This document shows positions 13,558 through 24,074 of a stretch of DNA of 64,000 nt, piece by piece. The stretch lies in contig SHAO01000001.1 in assembly GCA_004213215.1 (NCBI GenBank), positions 687-64,686 on the forward strand, given 5' to 3'. Source of the DNA: Candidatus Pelagibacterales bacterium. Its GTDB lineage: Bacteria; Pseudomonadota; Alphaproteobacteria; Pelagibacterales; Pelagibacteraceae. The translations under genes were made by a program, and so were the position numbers. Numbering within the stretch: position 1 is the first letter of the stretch; the number at the start of each line of letters is the position of its first letter. Below the pieces are notes generated by a model. That model searched no databases. It was not told the DNA's origin and saw only the letters and a list, made by a program, of their open reading frames with translations.

Positions 13558-15788
13558 TAAATTCTTCTTTCTGTTTCTATAATCTTATAAACCTCGATTA
13601 CATCTTTTTCCTTAAAATCAGCAAAATCTTTCAGGGTTATACCACACTCCAGACCTGCAGCGACTTGTTTTGCAGCATTTTTTTCCCTAAAAATACTACC
13701 TATTGAACCTGTATATAGTACATTTCCATCTCTTATCAACCTAGCATTTAAATTATTTATTATTTCTCCATCTATAACTTTAGATCCAGCAACTTTACCA
13801 ATTTTTGATACTTTAAAAACTGCCTGGACTTCTGCTGAACCTACCACTTGCTCCTTTATATCTGGTTTTAACAAACCAGATAGTGTGGCATTTACAAAAT
13901 CTAACACCTCATAGATTATGTTAAAAAATTTAATTGATATTTTATGAATTTCTGCCAATTTCTTAGCTTCTTTATTCGGCCTCACATTAAATCCGATGAC
14001 TATAGCATTAGAAGCCCTAGCAAGAGTTACATCAGTTTCTGTAATAACACCAATATTTGATAAAATTATTTTTGGCACAACTTCATCATGCTTAATTTTT
14101 TCAATTGCATTTTTTATTGCTTCGCTGGAACCATGAACATCAGATTTAATAATTATAGATAATTCTTTTGGTGCTGTGTTGTCACTAAATGCTGACTCTT
14201 TGTTTGCTGAAATTAATGGCGCTTGTTTTGACTTAACATCCTTAATTCTATATTTATTTATTTCTTTAGCTTTTTCTTCTGATTCTACTACAATAAAATC
14301 ATCTCCAGCAGAGGCAGAATTATTCATACCTAAAATTTCTACTGGGGTTGATGGTAAAGCTGAATCAATATTCTGTCCTTGATCATTTATCATGGCTCTT
14401 ATTTTTCCCCATGTGTTTCCACTAACAAAAAAATTACCTTTTTCTAAATTTCCATTTAACACCAAAACAGTTGAGACTGGTCCTTTTCCTTTATCAATTC
14501 TAGATTCTAATATTACTCCTTTTGCAAAACCTTCAAAACTTGTCTTTAAATCAAGTAGTTCAGATTGCAGACTAATATTTTCTTTTAATTTATCTAAATT
14601 TTTTTTTGTGGTTGCTGAAACTTCAGCAAATAAAGTATCACCACTTAATTCTTCTGCTATTAATTCGTACTGCAAAAGTTCATTTTTTATTTTTTGTGGA
14701 TCTGCACCTGGTAAGTCACATTTATTTATAGCAACAATAATAGGAACTTTTGCTGCTTTCGCATGTTTTATTGCTTCTACAGTTTGAGGTTTAACTCCAT
14801 CATCAGCTGCCACAACAAGAACAACAATGTCAGTCACTTTTGATCCTCTTGCCCGCATCTCAGTAAAGGCTGCATGCCCAGGTGTATCAATAAAGGTAAT
14901 ATTTTTCCCTTTTTCTGTTTTAACTTTATAGGCTCCTATGTGTTGAGTTATTCCACCGTGCTCACCAGCAACAACATTTGCTTTTCGCAATGAGTCTAAT
15001 AATGAAGTTTTTCCATGATCAACATGGCCCATAACTGTTACAATTGGAGATCTCGATTTTAAATTTTTATTATCTCCACTTTCAGTCTTTAAAATATTTA
15101 AATCTGGTTTTTTCTCTCTAATAGGAACATTCCCAAATTCTTTCACAAGGTATTCAGCAGTATCAGCATCAATATTATGGTTTATAGTCGCTACAACACC
15201 CATTTCAAAAAGATGTTTTATTATAGCGCTGGCTTGTATGGCCATCCTATTGGATAATTCCTGAATAGTAATTTTGTCTGGAATATTTACTTCATGAACT
15301 ACTTTTTTTGTTTCAATTTTTACTTTTTCAGAATCTTGATTTTTCTTTTCTTTTAATCTTGCACGTCTTACAGATGCTAAACTTCTTTCTCTACCTTCTA
15401 AGGCCTCGTCGTCAAGTGCCTTAGATAGAGTAAGTTTGCTCTCTCTTTTTGAGGTAAAACTTTTATCTTTACCTAAACTGCCCTTTTTTGTTTGTGGTTT
15501 ATCTTGATCCAAACCTTTAAATCTTTTTGTTGCTCTTTCCTCAGCTATCTTTCTAAGGTCAAAGTTCTTATTTATTGGTGTTTTTTTTGGAAAGAGATTG
15601 TTGGTTGGTTGAGATCTATTAAAAGTATTATCACGTGGTTGAAATTTTTTTTCCCCCCATTTTCTTCCTACTTTCTTTTCTATAACAACAGAAGTTTTTC
15701 CTCTACTTTGTGAATAATTTGGCGTGTTATGAGATTTTTTCCCCGAAATACTTAAAGTAAGTTTCTTTTTTATTTTTTTTTTTTCCAT
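13557..15788 (-). CDS. infB: Translation initiation factor IF-2
   Basis: [20 protein letters not shown] and NKCD GTPase motifs, with a basic N-terminal region. Confidence 0.95.
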   Translation of the reverse strand: MEKKKIKKKLTLSISGKKSHNTPNYSQSRGKTSVVIEKKVGRKWGEKKFQPRDNTFNRSQPTNNLFPKKTPINKNFDLRKIAEERATKRFKGLDQDKPQTKKGSLGKDKSFTSKRESKLTLSKALDDEALEGRERSLASVRRARLKEKKNQDSEKVKIETKKVVHEVNIPDKITIQELSNRMAIQASAIIKHLFEMGVVATINHNIDADTAEYLVKEFGNVPIREKKPDLNILKTESGDNKNLKSRSPIVTVMGHVDHGKTSLLDSLRKANVVAGEHGGITQHIGAYKVKTEKGKNITFIDTPGHAAFTEMRARGSKVTDIVVLVVAADDGVKPQTVEAIKHAKAAKVPIIVAINKCDLPGADPQKIKNELLQYELIAEELSGDTLFAEVSATTKKNLDKLKENISLQSELLDLKTSFEGFAKGVILESRIDKGKGPVSTVLVLNGNLEKGNFFVSGNTWGKIRAMINDQGQNIDSALPSTPVEILGMNNSASAGDDFIVVESEEKAKEINKYRIKDVKSKQAPLISANKESAFSDNTAPKELSIIIKSDVHGSSEAIKNAIEKIKHDEVVPKIILSNIGVITETDVTLARASNAIVIGFNVRPNKEAKKLAEIHKISIKFFNIIYEVLDFVNATLSGLLKPDIKEQVVGSAEVQAVFKVSKIGKVAGSKVIDGEIINNLNARLIRDGNVLYTGSIGSIFREKNAAKQVAAGLECGITLKDFADFKEKDVIEVYKIIETERRI

Positions 15789-15802
15789 AAAGAATATATC
15801 TT

Positions 15803-17350
15803 TTATTTAAATACAACATTTCTAGCATTTATAATTAAATCGTCTGCTTCATTATTAGTTAAAGCAAATTCTTCGAGATACCCATCAATTTTAAATTTAA
15901 CTCCTTTTTTCTCATCATATCCTCCTATTAACTCATCTGTAGAAAGTTCAGCAAAATCTTTTAGGGTTTTTATTTTTTTTTCTCCTAATGTTAGTAGCAT
16001 GCCTGGTGTAAGTCCCTTATGTTTTATTAAATCATCACTGACTCCAAGATCTTTTAATTTTTTTCCAATATTTTCTTTTTCTTTAATTAAATAATCACTA
16101 GCCCTTTCTTTTAGTTCTTTTGCTGTATCATCATCTATACCTTCAATTTTTAAAATTTCATCTTGTGTTGATTGATTAATTTCTTCAATTGTAGAAAAAC
16201 CTTCAGCAACTAAAAGTTGCCCAAGAGTTTCATCAACTTCTAAATTATTTATAAAAATTTCAGTTTTCCCTTTAAATTCTAATTGCCTTTTTTCAGACTC
16301 TTCCTTTTCAGTTAATATGTCTATTTCAAAATTAATAAGTTTTGAAGCTAATCTAACATTTTGTCCTCTTCTCCCGATTGCTTTACTTAAATTTTCTTCA
16401 GTTAAAATAACTTCAATTCTTTTATTTTGATCATCAATTATTACTTTTTGAATTTCAGCAGGCGCCAAGGCACTCACAGCGAGAGATGCAACATCTTCTG
16501 ACCAATTAACTATATCTATCTTTTCACCATTTAGTTCATTAACTACGGATTGCACTCTACTTCCTCTCATTCCAACACATGCGCCAACTGGATCAATAGA
16601 AGAATCTTTTGAATAAACGCAAATTTTTGCTCTACTTCCAGCATCTCTAGCGGATGACTTAATTTCAATTATACCATCATATATTTCTGGTACCTCTTGA
16701 AAAAATAATTTTTCCATGAATTTTGGATGAGCTCTTGATAGAAATATTTGTTGTCCTTTATTTTCTCTAATCACGTCATAACAATAAGCTTTAATTCTAT
16801 CTCCAGTTTTTAGGATTTCCCTTGGTATAAGTTCTTCTTTTCTTATTATAGCTTCAGATCTATTTAGATCTATAATTGCATTTCCATATTCTAATCTTTT
16901 TACAATACCACTTAAAATTTCATCTTTTTTATCAATAAAATCATTATATTGTCTTTCTCTTTCTGCAGCTCGAACGTTTTGAGTTATTACTTGCCTGGCT
17001 GTTTGTGCTGCAATTCTTCCAAAATCTACTGGGGGTAACTCTTCATATATCTCATCACCAACATTCACATCTTCTTTATCTTTTAATTTTTTTGCATTCG
17101 TTAATGTAATCTCATTATTAAAATTTTCTTGTTTTTCAACAACAGTTAATACTTTGTGAAGACTTATATCTCCACTCTCTCTATCAATTTTAGCTCTTAT
17201 ATCATTTTCAGAACCAAACTTAGTTTTTGCTGCTTTCTGTATTGCAGACTCCATAGAACTTAGGATAATTTCTTTATCAATAGATTTTTCTACTGCAACA
17301 GCCTCGGCTATTCTTAAAAGTTCTACTTTATCCGATCTTTGATTCAACAT
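15803..17350 (-). CDS. nusA: Transcription termination/antitermination factor NusA
   Basis: N-terminal domain, S1, two KH domains (GACVGMRGSRVQ, IGRRGQNVRLAS) and a C-terminal HhH region. Confidence 0.95.
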   Translation of the reverse strand: MLNQRSDKVELLRIAEAVAVEKSIDKEIILSSMESAIQKAAKTKFGSENDIRAKIDRESGDISLHKVLTVVEKQENFNNEITLTNAKKLKDKEDVNVGDEIYEELPPVDFGRIAAQTARQVITQNVRAAERERQYNDFIDKKDEILSGIVKRLEYGNAIIDLNRSEAIIRKEELIPREILKTGDRIKAYCYDVIRENKGQQIFLSRAHPKFMEKLFFQEVPEIYDGIIEIKSSARDAGSRAKICVYSKDSSIDPVGACVGMRGSRVQSVVNELNGEKIDIVNWSEDVASLAVSALAPAEIQKVIIDDQNKRIEVILTEENLSKAIGRRGQNVRLASKLINFEIDILTEKEESEKRQLEFKGKTEIFINNLEVDETLGQLLVAEGFSTIEEINQSTQDEILKIEGIDDDTAKELKERASDYLIKEKENIGKKLKDLGVSDDLIKHKGLTPGMLLTLGEKKIKTLKDFAELSTDELIGGYDEKKGVKFKIDGYLEEFALTNNEADDLIINARNVVFK

Positions 17351-17366
17351 ATTTTATTCTCACTCC

Positions 17367-17391
17367 TAAAAAAAAATGGGCAAAAGCCCAT
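17367..17391 (-). terminator. Intrinsic terminator after metK, immediately upstream of nusA
   Basis: The minus strand reads AATGGGC-TTTT-GCCCATT followed by TTTTTTT. This is a G+C-rich stem in an AT-rich context. The AGGAG Shine-Dalgarno sequence of nusA follows directly. Confidence 0.75.
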
Positions 17392-17418
17392 TTTGTATTA
17401 TCCAGGTAACTTGATGTT

Positions 17419-17447
17419 TTATTAATTTATATTTCAGTCTTTTTCAA
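17419..17447 (-). promoter_or_regulatory. Candidate promoter TTGAAA-N17-TAATAA between the metK stop and the terminator hairpin
   Basis: Hexamers read on the minus strand. Such matches arise easily in AT-rich DNA. Confidence 0.25.
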
Positions 17448-17450
17448 GGT

Positions 17451-18620
17451 TTACTTTTTAAATACTGCTATTTTGTCTGTTTTTTCCCAAGAAAACGAGC
17501 CGTCAGACTCCGGTTCTCTTCCAAAATGCCCGTATGCAGCTGTTTTTTGATAAATTGGTTTGTTTAGCTGCAACATCTCTCTAATTCCTCTTGGGCTTAA
17601 ATCAAAATTATCTTTAATTAATTTTTCAACATGTTTATTTTTTTCTTCATCATTATCAAAAAGATCAACATAAATAGATAAAGGCTTTGATACTCCAATT
17701 GCATAAGCTAGTTGGATTAAACATTTATCTGCAATTTTTGAAGCTACTACATTTTTTGCTAAGTATCTTGAAACATATGCTGCTGACCTGTCAACTTTAG
17801 AAGGATCCTTGCCAGAAAAGGCTCCACCGCCGTGAGGAGCTGCACCACCATAAGTATCTACAATTATTTTTCTTCCTGTTAATCCAGCGTCTCCATCAGG
17901 TCCACCAATAACAAAATTTCCTGTTGGGTTAACATAAATTTCTTTTTCATCTAAACTTGTTAAAAGGTTTTTTGGAATAGATTTTTCTATATAAGGTTTA
18001 ACTAACTCTCTTACTTGAGACTGATTAACATCCGCAGAGTGTTGAGTAGAAATTACTACTGATTTAACAGCCGCAGGTACACCTTCTTTATATTCAATTG
18101 TAATTTGACTTTTATTGTCTGGTTCAATATTTTTAAGTTTACCAGATTTTCTATCTTCAGCCATAAGTCTTAAAATTTTATGCGAATAGTGGATTGGAGC
18201 TGGCATTAATACATCGGTTTCATTACAAGCATAACCAAACATTATACCTTGATCTCCAGCACCTTCATCTTTATTTCCAGATGAGTCTACTCCCATTGCA
18301 ATATCTGTTGATTGTGCGTGAAGATGGCTTTCTATTTTTGTTGCATCTTTCCAAGTAAAACCTTCTTGGTCATATCCAATATCTTTAATACAATCTCTAA
18401 CTTTTTGGATTAATTCATCTTTTTTAATTTCAGGTCCTCTTACTTCACCTGCTAAAACTACTTTATTAGTTGTTGTTAGAGTTTCACATCCCACTCTTGA
18501 GCGTACGGGTTCAGCACCTAAATATGTGTCAACAACCATATCTGAAATTCTATCGCTTACTTTATCAGGATGGCCTTCGGACACCGACTCGCTTGTAAAT
18601 AAATAAGATTTTTTACTCAT
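17451..18620 (-). CDS. metK: S-adenosylmethionine synthetase
   Basis: [24 protein letters not shown] and DTYGG motifs. Confidence 0.95.
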   Translation of the reverse strand: MSKKSYLFTSESVSEGHPDKVSDRISDMVVDTYLGAEPVRSRVGCETLTTTNKVVLAGEVRGPEIKKDELIQKVRDCIKDIGYDQEGFTWKDATKIESHLHAQSTDIAMGVDSSGNKDEGAGDQGIMFGYACNETDVLMPAPIHYSHKILRLMAEDRKSGKLKNIEPDNKSQITIEYKEGVPAAVKSVVISTQHSADVNQSQVRELVKPYIEKSIPKNLLTSLDEKEIYVNPTGNFVIGGPDGDAGLTGRKIIVDTYGGAAPHGGGAFSGKDPSKVDRSAAYVSRYLAKNVVASKIADKCLIQLAYAIGVSKPLSIYVDLFDNDEEKNKHVEKLIKDNFDLSPRGIREMLQLNKPIYQKTAAYGHFGREPESDGSFSWEKTDKIAVFKK

Positions 18621-20193
18621 TAAATTTAAATTTTCTAAAAATTAAAATAAGAAACATATACAAAATAATTATTAAATAAAATATTTTATTTCCATACTTT
18701 GAAAATAAAGTTGATTTAGAAAAGTAAGGAAATTTATACTCTATATTGCCCGCCTCTCCCGTATTAAGTGATTTAAGCACCTTTCCATTTGGATCTATTA
18801 AGGCAGAAATTCCCTTATTAGCTGACCTTGCAACAAAAACTCCCTCCTCGATTGAGCGATAGATTGCTTTTGTGAAGTGCTGATACGGACCTATTGATTT
18901 ACCAAACCAAGCATCTTCAGAAATGTTAACAACTAAATCAGGATGCTGTTCTTTTTTTTTTATATTAGCCGGATAAATTATTTCATAACAAATTAAAGGA
19001 AGTATCAATTTTTCATTAAAATTATTTCCTAGATTTATCATTTCTCTTTTATCTCCTGGAGAAAATGAGCTGTATCCTGGAGTTATTTTTTTAAATCCAA
19101 ATTTAGATAAAATTCTCTCAAAAGGCAAAAATTCACCAAAAGGAACAAGATTAATTTTATTATATAAAGATAAAACGTCTAATTCATGGTTTAAGACTAC
19201 CAAGCTATTAAAATATTTTTTACTATCTACTTCAATATTATTATTAAAATTATTTATTCCTAAAATAATTAAATGATTTTCAGAGAATCTATCTTTAAAT
19301 AAATTTTGGTATTTTTTTATATCATCTAAATACGATTGGTAAAAAATTCCTTCTGGCCAGATAAATAAAGTTTTTTTATCTTTTTCAGGATTACTAATTT
19401 TAATTAGCCTCTTAATTTGAAATTCTTCACTATATGTAGCGTAATCTTTAAGTGAAAAATTTGGTGAAATTATTTTAATATTAATTTTTTTATCAAATTT
19501 GTAAGCGCTGTTGTTAATCCTAAATACTCCGTACGAATAAATAGTAACAAAAATTAGTAAAAATGATGAAATGAAAATGATATTTTTTAGAACAATCTTT
19601 TTTTGAAAAAAAAGAAATGGTGTACAAAATAATGTAATTGAGAGTAAGCTTAATGAATATGAGCCTATCAAAGATAATATTTGTGAAATTTCTAACGACC
19701 ATGACCAAGTATATGAAATTAAATTCCATGGAAAGCCAGTTAACAAATTACCCCTTAAAAATTCAAAAAAAGAAAAGACTGAAGAAAAAAGTAAAATAAA
19801 ACTAATATTTTTCTTGGCAAAAACACCTATTGCCAAAATTGTAAAGCCAAAAAATAAAGATAAAAATAAAGGTATCAATATAAGAGCAAAAGGAATTAGA
19901 CCCGTAAACATCTCATCGTGAGTTAAAGATATTGAAATCCAATAATTACCTAATAAGAAAAAACCAAAACCATAAGAGCAACCTAAGTAAAAAAAATACC
20001 TTTTAGATTTTTTTTTTATAAAAATTGATTGAGTTTTTTTTTTAACTTCAAGAATTAAAAATAATAAAATTGAAAATGTAAAAAAATTTACAATTGTTAA
20101 ATTATATGGAGAAAAACTAAGTACTGTTATTGCACCAAGTAAAAAAGGGATAAAAAAAATAACAAAAAATTTATTATTAGTTAAAAAAAACAA
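18613..20193 (-). CDS. lnt: Apolipoprotein N-acyltransferase
   Basis: Multi-TM N-terminal half and a C-terminal CN-hydrolase domain (WPEG..., LICYE). Its 3' end overlaps the metK start by 8 nt. Confidence 0.85.
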   Translation of the reverse strand: MFFLTNNKFFVIFFIPFLLGAITVLSFSPYNLTIVNFFTFSILLFLILEVKKKTQSIFIKKKSKRYFFYLGCSYGFGFFLLGNYWISISLTHDEMFTGLIPFALILIPLFLSLFFGFTILAIGVFAKKNISFILLFSSVFSFFEFLRGNLLTGFPWNLISYTWSWSLEISQILSLIGSYSLSLLSITLFCTPFLFFQKKIVLKNIIFISSFLLIFVTIYSYGVFRINNSAYKFDKKINIKIISPNFSLKDYATYSEEFQIKRLIKISNPEKDKKTLFIWPEGIFYQSYLDDIKKYQNLFKDRFSENHLIILGINNFNNNIEVDSKKYFNSLVVLNHELDVLSLYNKINLVPFGEFLPFERILSKFGFKKITPGYSSFSPGDKREMINLGNNFNEKLILPLICYEIIYPANIKKKEQHPDLVVNISEDAWFGKSIGPYQHFTKAIYRSIEEGVFVARSANKGISALIDPNGKVLKSLNTGEAGNIEYKFPYFSKSTLFSKYGNKIFYLIIILYMFLILIFRKFKFNE

Positions 20194-20208
20194 ATTAAAA
20201 TCCTTGTG

Positions 20209-20667
20209 TTAGTTAATTGAATTAAGAATTTTTCTCTCTATTTTATCCATTTTAAAAAAATCTTTATTTTTAATATGATTATAACCTATTAAATGCAAAA
20301 GCCCATGTATCCAAGCTTTGTCAAATTCTAAAAAAAAATTATTTTTTTTTGATCTAAAATTAATAATTTCATAAGATATAGCTATATCACCAATATAAAG
20401 GGTTTTTTTTTTATTAAATTTTAAAATATTTAATGGAATAAATGGAAATGACAAAACATCAGTTGATTTATTCTTGTTTCTAAATTTTTTATTTAGCTTT
20501 TTCATATATGCAGAATTTGTTAGCAAAATAGTAAAAGTTATTTTTTTTCCTTTAAAAAAATTAACAACTTTTGAAATATTTTTTAATCTTTTCTTAAAAT
20601 ATTTTTCTGGATTTTTAATCTTTCTATTCCAAGATTGATTATTTAACTCTACATTAACCTTTATCAT
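20209..20667 (-). CDS. ybeY: rRNA maturation endoribonuclease YbeY
   Basis: HGLLHLIGYNH zinc motif and the expected size. Confidence 0.88.
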   Translation of the reverse strand: MIKVNVELNNQSWNRKIKNPEKYFKKRLKNISKVVNFFKGKKITFTILLTNSAYMKKLNKKFRNKNKSTDVLSFPFIPLNILKFNKKKTLYIGDIAISYEIINFRSKKNNFFLEFDKAWIHGLLHLIGYNHIKNKDFFKMDKIERKILNSIN

Positions 20668-21670
20668 TAGTGTTCTTTTGATAGGCTTCTACAATTTTTG
20701 TTACCAATGGATGCCTCATCACATCTTGATGATCAAAGTTTATAATTGATATTTCTTTAATACCTTTTAGTATAGATTGTGATTTTATTAGCCCTGATTG
20801 ATTTTTGTTTGGTAAATCAATTTGTGAAGGATCTCCATTAACAACTAACTTTGAATTTTCTCCTATTCTAGTTAAAAACATTTTAATTTGTGTTTCAGTT
20901 GCATTTTGAGCTTCATCAAGAATTGCAAATGAATTTTTTAAAGTACGTCCTCTCATAAAAGCAAGTGGTGCTATTTCAATAGCACCGGATTCGATTTTTC
21001 TCTGAATTTTATCGTAATCTAACAAATCATAGAGGGAGTCATATAAGGGTCTCAAATAAGGATCTATTTTTTCTTTCATGTCACCTGGTAAAAAACCTAA
21101 TTTTTCTCCAGCTTCAACTGCAGGTCTTGATAATATAATTCTCTCAACTTTTTTCTCTAGCAACATAGATAAAGCTACCGCAACAGCTAAATATGTTTTC
21201 CCTGTACCAGCTGGCCCTAAAGATAATACTACTTGGCTTGTCTTTAACGATCTAACATACTCTTTTTGTTTTTTTGATTTTGGTATTACTGATCTTTTTG
21301 GTGTTTTAATTACTTCACCTAAAGACTGTATAGTAAATTGAGTTTTCGTATCTTTTATCATATCTCCATTTAATGATGTTGTTATATCATTTTGATCTAT
21401 TTTTTTATCAGATCTAAAACGATTAATTAAGTATTCAATTGCATCTCTAACTTTTTCATTCGTATTTTTATCTCCTTTTATTACGATTGAATTGCCTCTA
21501 AAATAAATTTTTGAACCACTTATTTTTTCTAACTCTTTAAGATTGTTGTCAAAAGCCCCAACTATTCCCATTAATATTTCGTTATTAAAAATGTCAATAT
21601 TTATTGAATTATTATCCCCATAAGTTATCAAAATTTCCTTATTAGCTTTATTTTTTTTATTTATTTTCAC
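20654..21670 (-). CDS. phoH: PhoH-like ATPase (PhoH/YbeZ)
   Basis: Walker A GPAGTGKTYLAVA and ILDEAQN, in miaB-phoH-ybeY order. Confidence 0.88.
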   Translation of the reverse strand: MKINKKNKANKEILITYGDNNSINIDIFNNEILMGIVGAFDNNLKELEKISGSKIYFRGNSIVIKGDKNTNEKVRDAIEYLINRFRSDKKIDQNDITTSLNGDMIKDTKTQFTIQSLGEVIKTPKRSVIPKSKKQKEYVRSLKTSQVVLSLGPAGTGKTYLAVAVALSMLLEKKVERIILSRPAVEAGEKLGFLPGDMKEKIDPYLRPLYDSLYDLLDYDKIQRKIESGAIEIAPLAFMRGRTLKNSFAILDEAQNATETQIKMFLTRIGENSKLVVNGDPSQIDLPNKNQSGLIKSQSILKGIKEISIINFDHQDVMRHPLVTKIVEAYQKNTNDKG

Positions 21671-21675
21671 TAAAA

Positions 21676-23004
21676 TTAAGCTGCTTTCACTTTATTAGTT
21701 TTACAAATACCAAATAAACTCTTCTGACTACAAGATGTAATATTTACATTAACTATATCTCCAGGTTTACAGTTATCAGCCTCAAGTACTACTGGGGTCA
21801 TGTATCGCGTTCTGCCAAAATATTTTTCTTGGTTATTTAATTTGTTTTCAATTAAGACCTCACAATTTTTTTGAAGATATGCTTTGTTATTTTTGTGCTG
21901 CAAGTTATCTAATGTATTTTGTAGTTTTTGTAACCTTAATTTAACTTCTGATAAATTATTTAATTTTTTTGTTGCAGCGGGTGTGCCTGGTCTTGGACTA
22001 AAAATAAATGAGTAGGAATTTACGAAGCCTACTTTATTAATAAGTTTCATTGTATCTTGAAAATCATTTTCGGTCTCATCAGGATATCCAACTATAAAAT
22101 CACTTGAAATTTTAATATTTTTATCAATTTTTTTTAATTTTTCAATTATAGAAATATAATATTCTCTATTATGTTTTCTGTTCATTAATTGTAAAATTTT
22201 GTTAGATCCGCTCTGTATAGGAAGATGCAAAATTGGCATTAACTTTTCACAATCTTTATAACAATTAATCAAATCTTCTGTCATGTCTTTAGGGTGTGAG
22301 GTTGTAAATCTAATTCTTTTTAAATTTTTAATATCATTTAACTCTCTTATTAATGACGAAAGCTTATATTTTTTATTATAATTATAAGCATTAACGTTTT
22401 GGCCCAGCAAAACAATTTCTTTTGCTCCACTAGCAACTAAATTTTTTGCCTCTTTAATAATTTTATCAAATGGCCTTGAGTACTCAGGTCCTCTTGTATA
22501 AGGAACTACACAAAAATGGCAAAATTTATCACATCCTTCTTGAATAGTTAAATAAGCAGAAATTTTATTTTGCGAGTTAGGAATTTTTTCTAATAGGTCA
22601 AATTTTCCGACTACATCAAATTCAGTTTCATTAATTTTCTTTTTTCTTCTTTCATAATCTAAAATCAAATCTCCAATTTTGTGGTACGATTGTGGTCCAA
22701 TAACCATATCAATATATGGCTCTCTTTTGATCATTTCATTTGATTCTGCTTGAGCAACGCATCCAGAAACAATTACTAATGGTTTTTTTAAATTTCTAAA
22801 ATCTTTTTTAACCCTTCCAACTTCATGATAAACTTTTTCTGTTGCTTTTTCACGGATATGACAAGTATTTAAAACAAAACAGTCAGCTTCTTTTTTTATA
22901 TCAGTTTTATTAAAACCGACAGTTGATGTTAAGTCATAAATACGATCAGAATCGTATTCGTTCATTTGACAGCCAAAAGTTTTAATAAATATTTTTTTTA
23001 ACAA
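21676..23004 (-). CDS. miaB: tRNA-2-methylthio-N6-dimethylallyladenosine synthase MiaB
   Basis: TFGCQMNEYDS, the radical-SAM motif CDKFCHFCVVP, and a C-terminal TRAM domain. Confidence 0.92.
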   Translation of the reverse strand: MLKKIFIKTFGCQMNEYDSDRIYDLTSTVGFNKTDIKKEADCFVLNTCHIREKATEKVYHEVGRVKKDFRNLKKPLVIVSGCVAQAESNEMIKREPYIDMVIGPQSYHKIGDLILDYERRKKKINETEFDVVGKFDLLEKIPNSQNKISAYLTIQEGCDKFCHFCVVPYTRGPEYSRPFDKIIKEAKNLVASGAKEIVLLGQNVNAYNYNKKYKLSSLIRELNDIKNLKRIRFTTSHPKDMTEDLINCYKDCEKLMPILHLPIQSGSNKILQLMNRKHNREYYISIIEKLKKIDKNIKISSDFIVGYPDETENDFQDTMKLINKVGFVNSYSFIFSPRPGTPAATKKLNNLSEVKLRLQKLQNTLDNLQHKNNKAYLQKNCEVLIENKLNNQEKYFGRTRYMTPVVLEADNCKPGDIVNVNITSCSQKSLFGICKTNKVKAA

Positions 23005-23009
23005 TTTTT

Positions 23010-23420
23010 TTATTTCTTTATTTTTGTGCCATATAATTCTAATCTGTGATCAACAAGTTTGTAGCCGAGTTTTTCAGCAACTTTTTTTTGTAATTTTTCT
23101 ATATCCTCATTAACAAATTCGGTTATTTCTCCAGTATTTATATCTATTAAATGATCGTGATGCTCTTGTGGTATTTCTTCATACCTCGCTTTAGTGCCTT
23201 TAAAATCATGTTTTGTAACAATCCCAGATTCTTCAAATAATTTTACTGTTCTATAAACCGTCGCAATACTAATTTTGGTATCAACCTTATTTACTCTTTT
23301 ATGTAATTCATCTACATCTGGATGATCCTGAGATTCAGACATTACTTTAGCAATCAACTTCCTTTGATCTGTAAGCCTTACACCTTTTTCAATACATTTA
23401 TTTTCAATTACATTGCTCAT
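23010..23420 (-). CDS. fur: Ferric uptake regulator family protein (Fur/Mur type)
   Basis: ISIATVYRTVKLFEESG, HHDHLIDINTGEITEF and HRLELYG motifs. Confidence 0.85.
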   Translation of the reverse strand: MSNVIENKCIEKGVRLTDQRKLIAKVMSESQDHPDVDELHKRVNKVDTKISIATVYRTVKLFEESGIVTKHDFKGTKARYEEIPQEHHDHLIDINTGEITEFVNEDIEKLQKKVAEKLGYKLVDHRLELYGTKIKK

Positions 23421-23468
23421 ATTTTATATTTTCATATTACAACCAAAATTCATATTTTCAAAAAAACT

Positions 23469-24074
23469 TTAGCTTAAATATAATGGTTTAATCAATTTAT
23501 CATCTAATAAGCCCTTCAATTTAAGAAATTGAAGCTCGTTGTGGTCCAAATCTACAATATTTAAATTATTAAGTTTTAATATTCTTTTATCAAAATATTT
23601 AACTACACTGCTTGGAATAACTTTGAATTCATTATCATATTCTTTAATTATTTCATCTGCAGTTATTTCTTTTGCATTTGAAGCACTTCTAAGGTCCTTA
23701 TCAAATTTTTTCACAAAATATTTTTCTCTAAATTTAACGAAACTAAAAATATAATCTTTTTTATTAAAGAACTTTGAACAAGACCAAATAAAAGTATTAA
23801 AACCAAATAAATGTAAATTTTTTGCTAAACTCACCCCTTTAGCTATTGCTAAAGATCCTCTTAGTCCTGAAAAGTTTCCAGGCCCCTGATTAACAAAAAT
23901 ATAAGATATATCATCAAGTTTTAGATTGTTTTCTTTGAAAAATTCTAAAATTTGTATCATCAATAAGTCATTACTTGATTTATAACTTTGCAAATTTTTA
24001 TTAAATGTTTTATTTTTAGATTTTACAAATAACGAACCTATATCAGTGCTAAAATCAATCGACAAAAAATTCAT
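23469..24074 (-). CDS. tsaB: tRNA t6A biosynthesis protein TsaB (YeaZ)
   Basis: NQGPGNFSGLRGSLAIAKG motif. I set the start at MNFLSIDFSTD... (M18 of the track ORF 23469..24125), which matches the usual TsaB N-terminus. The longer start is not excluded. Confidence 0.75.
   Translation of the reverse strand: MNFLSIDFSTDIGSLFVKSKNKTFNKNLQSYKSSNDLLMIQILEFFKENNLKLDDISYIFVNQGPGNFSGLRGSLAIAKGVSLAKNLHLFGFNTFIWSCSKFFNKKDYIFSFVKFREKYFVKKFDKDLRSASNAKEITADEIIKEYDNEFKVIPSSVVKYFDKRILKLNNLNIVDLDHNELQFLKLKGLLDDKLIKPLYLS

Noticed and set aside
15773-15784. A12 homopolymer at codons 2-6 of infB (ATG GAA AAA AAA AAA ATA) as a slippage or phase-variation site. There are similar A/T runs elsewhere.
   Set aside because: Long A/T runs encoding Lys are everywhere in this genome. 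infB is essential, and nothing suggests an alternative frame.
23421-23468. Two copies of GAAAATAT (minus strand) upstream of fur, as a possible Fur box.
   Set aside because: It resembles the Fur or Mur operator consensus poorly, and short AT-rich direct repeats are expected by chance.
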